From an uncultured virus (IMG/VR IMGVR_UViG_2061766007_000905) (Duplodnaviria; Heunggongvirae; Uroviricota; Caudoviricetes), in the IMG/VR virus record IMGVR_UViG_2061766007_000905: a DNA stretch of 41,437 nt. One strand, 5' to 3'. Shown piece after piece: positions 34,759 to 41,437 of this stretch. Within the stretch, counting starts at the first letter, position 1; each line of letters begins with the position of its first letter. The notes beneath the pieces are model-generated. The model was not told the origin of the DNA. It saw only the letters and a list, made by a program, of their open reading frames with translations, and searched no databases. A program made the position numbers and the translations under genes.

Positions 34759-35562
34759 ATGATTGATAAAATGGGTGATAGATTAAAGTATCTTGAAGGT
34801 ATCGAGGCAGGACGTGTTTTAATTCCACATTTGCCTATCTGTGTGCGTGTTGACGGTAGGGCTTTCCACACCTTCACACGAGGCATGAAACGCCCATATG
34901 ACGAGAATATGAGCAATTCGATGATTGAAACAATGAAGTATCTTGTCGAGAAAACAAATGCATGTATCGGTTATGTTCAATCCGATGAAATCAGTCTCGT
35001 ATTGTCAGATGAAAAAGATTCGCTGTTTAACGGTCGTATTCAAAAGTTGACATCGATTATCGCGTCGATGGCTACGGCTAAGTTCAACGAAGAAATACAT
35101 AAGTATTATCCGGATAAGCCATTGGCCGAATTTGACTGTCGTGTTTGGAATGTTCCTAACAGAACTGAAGCTGCTAATACTATTCTCTGGCGTGAATTCG
35201 ACGCGACCAAGAACAGTATTTCTATGGCCGCCAGAACATATTATTCAGATAAGCAATGCCTTGGGAAGAATAGTTCCCAGAAGCAGGATATGCTCATGGA
35301 AAAGGGCGTAAACTGGAATAACTATCCTGTATTCTTTAAGAGGGGAACTTATGCACGCAGGGTTAATATCCAGCGTAAGCTTACTCCAGCTGAACTTTCA
35401 GAACTTCCTGAAAATCATAACGCCAGGAAGAACCCGGACTTGGTCGTTACCCGTTCGGAAATTAAGGTAATCGATATGCCGATTTTTTCTTCGGTACTTA
35501 ATAGAGAAGCTGTTATTTTCGACGGTGCTGAACCAGAATTACCAGAATTCACTCTTGAATAG
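34759..35562 (+). CDS. thg1: tRNA(His) guanylyltransferase Thg1-like 3'-5' polymerase
   Basis: VRVDGRAFHTFT, GYVQSDEISL, GRIQKLTS, FDCRV, WREFDATKNSI, KGVNWNNYP. Confidence 0.93.
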   Translation: MIDKMGDRLKYLEGIEAGRVLIPHLPICVRVDGRAFHTFTRGMKRPYDENMSNSMIETMKYLVEKTNACIGYVQSDEISLVLSDEKDSLFNGRIQKLTSIIASMATAKFNEEIHKYYPDKPLAEFDCRVWNVPNRTEAANTILWREFDATKNSISMAARTYYSDKQCLGKNSSQKQDMLMEKGVNWNNYPVFFKRGTYARRVNIQRKLTPAELSELPENHNARKNPDLVVTRSEIKVIDMPIFSSVLNREAVIFDGAEPELPEFTLE

Positions 35563-35570
35563 GAGATATT

Positions 35571-35849
35571 ATGGTTAAATTTAAACTTAATATATTAAAA
35601 AAGAAAACTAAAATCGAAGTCGTCGATGATGCTGAATCTATGCCAGGTGAATCAAGACAATATACAAGATTCAAGGAACATATTACCGATTTTGAACAGG
35701 CATGGAATAATACGGTTGGCTATAGTGTAGAACTTGCGGGGAAGACAATAGCTCAATGTATGTATGGGTATAATTTTAAAATTGTCGGCCTTATGGAAAC
35801 TGATAAACCGGGTGTAGTTTTAGTCTATGCCGATTCTATAGAACCGTAA
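35571..35849 (+). CDS. Hypothetical protein
   Basis: AGGAG RBS. Confidence 0.68.
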   Translation: MVKFKLNILKKKTKIEVVDDAESMPGESRQYTRFKEHITDFEQAWNNTVGYSVELAGKTIAQCMYGYNFKIVGLMETDKPGVVLVYADSIEP

Positions 35850-35850
35850 T

Positions 35851-36114
35851 ATGGAACCTAAGAATTTTCCGCCGTATCTTGATTGCCCGAAACCGGATCC
35901 GCTTGACTGTCTTGCGACGGTCGAGTTAAATCCACTTGAAAAAAAGTATAGCAAGATGAGCGACAACAAACTGTGTAAAGAACTTCAAAAAATTCAGGCA
36001 CAGCAAAAAGAACTTAAGGAAAAAGAAAAAATCATTCAGCGTATTCGTTCATATCGTTATACACACAATAACTGGTTTAACGAAGAACTGAATTCTTGTG
36101 AACCGCATATCTAA
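35851..36114 (+). CDS. Hypothetical protein
   Basis: Abuts the previous gene. Confidence 0.65.
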   Translation: MEPKNFPPYLDCPKPDPLDCLATVELNPLEKKYSKMSDNKLCKELQKIQAQQKELKEKEKIIQRIRSYRYTHNNWFNEELNSCEPHI

Positions 36115-36126
36115 GAAGGAAAAATA

Positions 36127-36735
36127 ATGAAACATGTATTTACATCATGTATAATTGTATCGGCTATAATGATGGCATATGTGATATTGTCAGGATGTTC
36201 AAATGATGACACTATTGGAACGCAACCGTTAACTTTTGAAAAAGATGAAACATGTAACGAAAACACGGACTGCTGGCAGCCTGATACGTTATTTTATTAT
36301 AAGTTGCAATGTAGGTTGACCGATGAGGCATGTGACTATCTTTATAATGAATCATTTAACGATACGATTCTTGGCGAACCGGACGCATATAGCGTTGAAG
36401 ACATTAAGCAAAGGCTTAACAATGTCAAGAAACTGTATTGTCCGGAAATCGGTTATTATAACGAGCAAGTCGAATTTACCGATACGGTAAATATTTACAT
36501 TCCGAATAACAAGTTCAGGGTCAGGGGAATAAAGCAGATACCGGCAGTCGAATTGGCCAAGATTCTATATTCTGTTACTGGTGTAAACAAGGATATACCA
36601 GAGATTGTAAGGATGTGCAAGCTTAAGTCTAAGGCATATCGAATAAATCCGGAATTGCCGATTGACAAGAAAGACAGTTTAAATAACGAATATACTATAG
36701 AAGAACAATTATGCCAGGAGGAACAGCTATGTTAG
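36127..36735 (+). CDS. Putative lipoprotein
   Basis: Hydrophobic leader ending in lipobox-like LSGC. Confidence 0.68.
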   Translation: MKHVFTSCIIVSAIMMAYVILSGCSNDDTIGTQPLTFEKDETCNENTDCWQPDTLFYYKLQCRLTDEACDYLYNESFNDTILGEPDAYSVEDIKQRLNNVKKLYCPEIGYYNEQVEFTDTVNIYIPNNKFRVRGIKQIPAVELAKILYSVTGVNKDIPEIVRMCKLKSKAYRINPELPIDKKDSLNNEYTIEEQLCQEEQLC

Positions 36736-36753
36736 GATTTATGNNNNNNNNNN

Positions 36754-36979
36754 GTAATCCAGACATGAATCTTGTCGACGCGCTTAATGCAGTTCTTCCG
36801 ACAGTCAAGACTAAATACGCTCTCATTCTTGACAGCGACGCTTTCTGCGTAATCGACCCGGTTAAGATTTTTGAAAAAGTAAAAACACATAATCTACAGC
36901 TTTATGGCGAAATTTCCAACAGTCGCGGCGGTTTCAATATTCATAAAAGAGTAAATCCTTGTTATTGCTTTGTCGATGT
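36754..36979 (+). repeat. Near-identical copy of glycosyltransferase segment (about 32714-32939), bounded by N-gaps
   Basis: Same sequence with scattered substitutions; probable assembly bubble. Confidence 0.7.
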
Positions 36980-37409
36980 NNNNNNNNNNNNNNNNNNNNN
37001 NNNNNNNNNNNNNNNNNNNNNNNNNNNNNNNNNNNNNNNNNNNNNNNNNNNNNNNNNNNNNNNNNNNNNNNNNNNNNNNNNNNNNNNNNNNNNNNNNNNN
37101 NNNNNNNNNNNNNNNNNNNNNNNNNNNNNNNNNNNNNNNNNNNNNNNNNNNNNNNNNNNNNNNNNNNNNNNNNNNNNNNNNNNNNNNNNNNNNNNNNNNN
37201 NNNNNNNNNNNNNNNNNNNNNNNNNNNNNNNNNNNNNNNNNNNNNNNNNNNNNNNNNNNNNNNNNNNNNNNNNNNNNNNNNNNNNNNNNNNNNNNNNNNN
37301 NNNNNNNNNNNNNNNNNNNNNNNNNNNNNNNNNNNNNNNNNNNNNNNNNNNNNNNNNNNNNNNNNNNNNNNNNNNNNNNNNNNNNNNNNNNNNNNNNNNN
37401 NNNNNNNNN

Positions 37410-37832
37410 CTTGGTAAATGCGCGCATCCGACTGACTTGTATATAATACTTATCGTCGGGCTTCTTTTCTTTGTTCCTCCGACGATTTATTATATCTATG
37501 ACTTTATGTCTCGCATTGTAAAGAAATGCCGTGGCGAGTCGGTACCCAAGATGGATAAAGACGACATAATATTTAACATGGTTATGCTATTGACTGCCGG
37601 AATTACGTCAATGGTTCTTAGCTACATATTGATGTCGCATGAAATGATATATTTGGTAGCGGAAGAACAGGTTAATAATTATGAATATGCGTTAGACCAT
37701 AAGGTAATAGAGTATTGTGATTTGCCAGCTACGTCTGAAGAAGACTGTAACAAATTAAAGGCTGAATATACCAAGAAACGAGATTGGTGGGCCGAGTTAA
37801 AAGATTATGAACTTAAAAAATCAATGGAGTAA
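37410..37832 (+). CDS. C-terminal part of a membrane protein (5' end in the gap)
   Basis: Open frame with two TM segments after the 430-N gap. Confidence 0.6.
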   Translation, partial: LGKCAHPTDLYIILIVGLLFFVPPTIYYIYDFMSRIVKKCRGESVPKMDKDDIIFNMVMLLTAGITSMVLSYILMSHEMIYLVAEEQVNNYEYALDHKVIEYCDLPATSEEDCNKLKAEYTKKRDWWAELKDYELKKSME

Positions 37833-37834
37833 TT

Positions 37835-38494
37835 ATGGGTTCTAATACTTTCTATATTTTAAGATTCCGTAAAATGCATTTTGTAGGCAAGGGCGATCCT
37901 GACCATTTCGAATATCATGAAGTTGGTCGAGTAGCAGTCAAGTCCTACTTCGAATATCATGAAGTCGGTCGAGCAGCAGTCAAGTCCTACTTAGTAGATA
38001 TTATTAATAAATATCATTTAAAAATGGTCAGCAAGAATGATGAGTATGGCGACGGTTATGAGTTGATTGAGCAGAAGACAGTTACGGATATTGACCTTGA
38101 ATATATCCTGACACATAAGGATTCTAACCATATTTGTAATGTCGCAGTAATGTTTCCAGAAGAAGTAGATAATAAGCTTGAACATTGGGACTTGTTCAGA
38201 AAAGATAATTCCTTATATACTGGAAAAAGCTGGCCATATTCGCTTCAGGGCTGTATTGCGACATTTTTCAATTATAATATAAACTATTGGAGCGTCCGAG
38301 TAATAGAAAATTTTGCAGTAAGTCATTATAAGGGTAAGCCAGTAATTGAATGGTATAATACTTGGACTGAAGTAGATGCGGATAAATTTGTAGAATATAT
38401 GGATAATTTCCGCGAAGTAGTAACTCATTCAAAATTAGCAGAGCATGAAATGCAGTTAGGCAATGCATTAAAGAGAGGAAATAATGGAAATTAA
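37835..38494 (+). CDS. Hypothetical protein containing a 42-bp tandem duplication
   Basis: GGAG RBS; FEYHEVGR(V/A)AVKSY twice. Confidence 0.7.
   Translation: MGSNTFYILRFRKMHFVGKGDPDHFEYHEVGRVAVKSYFEYHEVGRAAVKSYLVDIINKYHLKMVSKNDEYGDGYELIEQKTVTDIDLEYILTHKDSNHICNVAVMFPEEVDNKLEHWDLFRKDNSLYTGKSWPYSLQGCIATFFNYNINYWSVRVIENFAVSHYKGKPVIEWYNTWTEVDADKFVEYMDNFREVVTHSKLAEHEMQLGNALKRGNNGN
37907..37990 (+). repeat. 42-bp in-frame tandem repeat, 2 copies
   Basis: Copies 37907-48 and 37949-90 differ at two positions. Confidence 0.85.
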
Positions 38495-38897
38495 TTTTAA
38501 ACAAGGCGATGTATCTTTACATAAGATATTGCCAGCCGGTTCAACTCGTTTTATTATAGCTGATACCGAAGAAGAAATCGCTAAAGATTATCTTTCGATG
38601 ATTCGTATATCCAACGAAGCAATAGATGATGAAGGTGATGAATGGCGCCGTTGTAAAGAATGCGGTCAATGGAAGCCATTAGATCAAATGACAGGTGCAG
38701 TATATTTGTCTTATCCGGGACAATATGATTGCAAAGAATGCGCAAAGAATTTATTTAATGAAAAACCGGAAATTAAAACTATATCTGATACGAAGCTTGC
38801 TGATTATTCTTTGTTATCAGTTAAAACAAACATTAAAGGAAAAATCAAAAATAAACCGGGCGTAATTTTCTGCCCATTTAAAGGAGATAAAAAATGA
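38484..38897 (+). CDS. Hypothetical Zn-ribbon protein
   Basis: RCKECG...DCKECA. Confidence 0.7.
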   Translation: MEINFKQGDVSLHKILPAGSTRFIIADTEEEIAKDYLSMIRISNEAIDDEGDEWRRCKECGQWKPLDQMTGAVYLSYPGQYDCKECAKNLFNEKPEIKTISDTKLADYSLLSVKTNIKGKIKNKPGVIFCPFKGDKK

Positions 38898-39268
38898 CAA
38901 GTTCTTTAATCTATCTATTTAACCTGTATGAAAATATCGCAAGTTTTCTTACGATTTCATATATAGTTGTAATTATTGCATTAGCAGTAGTTGGTATTGT
39001 TAGTTTAATGAATTATTTCATAGAAGGCCGAATCGCACAGGAAAAAACAATACCGAAGATTAAGAAGTTGGTTACTATCTTGCTTGTTTCATTTGGTATT
39101 TTGACAATTCCAGCAATTTTCATGCCGACACCAAAGACAGTAGCTATGATGTATGGTGTTAAAAAGATTAATGAGATGAATGTCAATGCAAACACATCAG
39201 CAACACAGCTTTATAAGGATATTACTACTATTATCCATAATTATGCTGCAGAAAAGGAAAAAAAGTAA
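38894..39268 (+). CDS. Membrane protein
   Basis: Two TM segments followed by PTPKTVAMMYG. Confidence 0.72.
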   Translation: MTSSLIYLFNLYENIASFLTISYIVVIIALAVVGIVSLMNYFIEGRIAQEKTIPKIKKLVTILLVSFGILTIPAIFMPTPKTVAMMYGVKKINEMNVNANTSATQLYKDITTIIHNYAAEKEKK

Positions 39269-39694
39269 ATGGATATCAATGAAGTATACAAGAATGCGCA
39301 AAAGATCGTATTAAAGCCGAATCCTGAATCAACAGGTGATTGGTCACAGCTTCGTTTTGGTACAATTGTTGCAAAAATTATACAAGTTGCGAATGATTTT
39401 ATTTCGCAAAATCATTTTGAATCTTCTGGCAATGTATTATACGTTAACGAATCAATGGCAACAGTATTAAAATGTGCAATGCCATTCTTTTGGCCAACTT
39501 CAGAAGTAAAAGACAACGAAATCGGTAAACTTAATGCTACGATTACTGTATATCTTGAAAAGGATTTACCTAATGAACACGGTATCGCAATTGTCGGTTT
39601 TAAGCCGATTGATGGCGAAGTAGACTTTACACAATGTAAGGCTATTGATTTTGAAGGCCTTGTATTGGAGGACGTAAATGATTGTTTTGGATAA
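39269..39694 (+). CDS. Small protein resembling the C-terminal part of T4 gp23-family capsid proteins
   Basis: GDW..RF..IVAKI..VAN....SGNVLYV..MA..L...IGKLN..ITVY......IVGFK matches the gp23/gp24 pattern by eye. Confidence 0.5.
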   Translation: MDINEVYKNAQKIVLKPNPESTGDWSQLRFGTIVAKIIQVANDFISQNHFESSGNVLYVNESMATVLKCAMPFFWPTSEVKDNEIGKLNATITVYLEKDLPNEHGIAIVGFKPIDGEVDFTQCKAIDFEGLVLEDVNDCFG

Positions 39695-40055
39695 AGAAAA
39701 AATTATTACATATGAAGAACCAGGTTATTTCGGTAATCCGCCAACTTCCAAATCTTGTATCAGCCTAGATTATGCACATGAGCTGATTCGTGAAGCCAAT
39801 CTTGAAATCGAAGAACTTTATAATAAGATTGCAGAATTTTCAAAAAGTGACGCAATAGGTAAAGTTCCATTGACATTAAATCATGTATGTTCTGCCGTTG
39901 CTACATTTACTAGATTACCATTTAGTAAAGTTAAAGAATATGCGGAAAAAGTTTATCAGCCTGATAACTGGTCTCTTCATTTTGTAAGCATTGATGGCTT
40001 GTGGACAATTGAAAGCGCGGTAAAGATTAAAGATTGTGATTTAGTAACGTTTGTT
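39678..40055 (+). CDS. Hypothetical protein, truncated by a gap
   Basis: GGAGG RBS; runs into an N-gap at 40056. Confidence 0.62.
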
Positions 40056-40065
40056 NNNNNNNNNN

Positions 40066-40187
40066 AAAAAACCGGAAATTAAAACTATATCTGATACAAA
40101 GATTGCTGATTATTCTTTATTATCAGTTGAAACAAATATTAAAGGAAAAATCAAAAATAAACCGGGCGTAATTTTCTGCCCATTTAA
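40066..40187 (+). repeat. Near-identical copy of about 38760-38881, bounded by N-gaps
   Basis: KPEIKTISDTK...PGVIFCPF repeated with a few substitutions. Confidence 0.7.
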
Positions 40188-40313
40188 NNNNNNNNNNAGA
40201 AATTTCAAATCTATGGTTGACTGCAGCGCAGAGTCTAGAATGTCTGTCGCTAAATTTGAAGAGTATACAAAGATGTTATTTGCAGAATTTAAGAAACTGA
40301 ATAATCTTGAATA

Positions 40314-40496
40314 ATGACGGCTGAAGATATTTTAAATTATCAGAAATATAAAAGAGCCATGGCAATGTCAAAGTATTGTTATGCAATGGCTCATACTGAA
40401 TATGTAGAATATCGTGAAGAAATTCCATTTTATATGCGATGGTATGAAAAATGGTATAAAATCGCTAATATTTTAAAATCTAAAATTGGTGAATAA
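40314..40496 (+). CDS. Small hypothetical protein
   Basis: TAATG coupling to the upstream frame. Confidence 0.6.
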   Translation: MTAEDILNYQKYKRAMAMSKYCYAMAHTEYVEYREEIPFYMRWYEKWYKIANILKSKIGE

Positions 40497-40497
40497 T

Positions 40498-40668
40498 ATG
40501 AGCAAATGTGAAAAATGTAAAGAAGATATAAATTTACTCAATGCTTATGTATATTTTGGACCAGGATGGATTAGATGGGAATGTCCAAAATGTAATTATG
40601 CATTGAATTATGAAAGAACTGGCACTAAACCAATAGACCCTTATGTAAAGAAAATAATTGGGGAATAA
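40498..40668 (+). CDS. Small Zn-ribbon protein
   Basis: CEKC...WECPKC; start ATG 40498. Confidence 0.62.
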   Translation: MSKCEKCKEDINLLNAYVYFGPGWIRWECPKCNYALNYERTGTKPIDPYVKKIIGE

Positions 40669-40669
40669 T

Positions 40670-40963
40670 ATGAGTTTACATACNNNNNNNNNNAAACTTA
40701 CAAATGAAGAATTAGACAAAGAATTAAATTCTGCTAATAGACTTTTCGTAGATTTGAATTGGCGTTATGAATATAATAGAAGAATAAAAGAATTTAAAGA
40801 AGAACATCCTGATGCAACAGAGACTGAACTTAGATGTCAGTATTCTAAAGAAGCTCATCATCTTGCTGTTTTACTTAATGCTGTAGGTAATGATTATATC
40901 GATTTGTTAAAAGCTTATATTGAACTTAAGAAAAAGGTCGAAAATGAATCAACGGGAAATTAA
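40670..40963 (+). CDS. Hypothetical protein (contains an N-gap)
   Basis: ORF spans a 10-N gap. Confidence 0.55.
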   Translation: MSLHXXXXKLTNEELDKELNSANRLFVDLNWRYEYNRRIKEFKEEHPDATETELRCQYSKEAHHLAVLLNAVGNDYIDLLKAYIELKKKVENESTGN

Positions 40964-41303
40964 TACAAAAATGAAAGAAATTAAAGCTGCTCTTAAAGAG
41001 TTTGGCTTTAAGAAAGGTAGAACACCACTTGATGATGATTATAGGTATATAGTAGGCGGACATTATTGTCTTAATGTTAGTTTTATGCCAGAACAGATGT
41101 ATTGTCCAGTTCAAATAATTCTTAAAGCAGATTATCGTGACAATACTTATGACGATACTTTGTCAACATACACTAATTTTGCACCAGATAAGCTAGATCG
41201 TGTAATTCCTGCTCTTAAAAAGAGTATTAAAATACTTGAAGACTTAAACAAGAAGTTTAAACAGATAACTAACCAGATTGAAGTATTTAAAAGTTTAAAT
41301 TAA
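40944..41303 (+). CDS. Hypothetical protein
   Basis: AAGG RBS before ATG 40944. Confidence 0.68.
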   Translation: MNQREINTKMKEIKAALKEFGFKKGRTPLDDDYRYIVGGHYCLNVSFMPEQMYCPVQIILKADYRDNTYDDTLSTYTNFAPDKLDRVIPALKKSIKILEDLNKKFKQITNQIEVFKSLN

Positions 41304-41309
41304 GCTAAC

Positions 41310-41437
41310 ATGTATACTGGATATTTTGCTAAATTGAAAACATACGAGAAAGCTGGGTTAGTCCCGGTTTCTATTGCGCTAAAAACACCGGAATGGTATA
41401 CTGGTCTTGAGTATAAAAGACTTGCGCCTACCTGGAG
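41310..41437 (+). CDS. DUF488-like protein, N-terminal part (runs off the window)
   Basis: MYTGYFAK...VSIALKTPEWYTGLEYKRLAPTW. Confidence 0.65.
   Translation, partial: MYTGYFAKLKTYEKAGLVPVSIALKTPEWYTGLEYKRLAPTW

Noticed and set aside
36744..37409. 373-aa glycosyltransferase-membrane fusion ORF, or a diversity-generating repeat
   Set aside because: The ORF is held open by Ns. The duplicated segment is gap-bounded, its substitutions are not adenine-specific, and no reverse transcriptase is present
37907..37990. 42-bp tandem repeat as a CRISPR or functional repeat
   Set aside because: Only two adjacent copies, no spacer, in frame; may be two alleles assembled in tandem
40056..40197. Repeat of the 38760-38881 segment
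   Set aside because: Flanked by N-gaps on both sides; probably an alternative allele
1..41437. Stop-codon reassignment as seen in some jumbo phages
   Set aside because: TAG, TGA and TAA all terminate recognisable full-length genes (e.g. DHFR and Thg1 end in TAG), coding density is high in code 11, and no suppressor tRNA is present

Overview
A 41.4-kb scaffold segment of an AT-rich, T4-like (probably jumbo) myophage read in the standard genetic code, with several N-gaps next to near-identical duplicated sequence that looks like assembly bubbles. Phage markers are gp3-like tail completion, gp2-like end protector, T4-type RNase H, DHFR, a lytic transglycosylase, TATAAATA late promoters and a conserved TTTACA/TTGACG-N17-TATATT promoter. 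The left 14 kb is an RNA/translation island. It holds 13 tRNAs, several structured non-coding elements, a homing endonuclease, an R-S-E ADP-ribosyltransferase, YqeY, SLOG, a PARG-like macrodomain and a large helical+TerD protein. Thg1 lies further right. Best candidate for a new system: a 30-codon leader ORF (4641-4733) whose stop codon sits in an antiterminator competing with an intrinsic terminator just upstream of a 10-tRNA array. The leader contains codons for all 8 anticodon types in that array, suggesting a tRNA-depletion-sensing attenuator. Second: a covarying RNA stem motif found twice as tRNA-mimic RNAs in the array and once in the 5' leader of the helical+TerD gene (Ro60/Y-RNA-like). 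Third: a 130-nt RNA built of three tandem D-loop/T-loop modules. All calls are by eye; no searches or folding programs were run.
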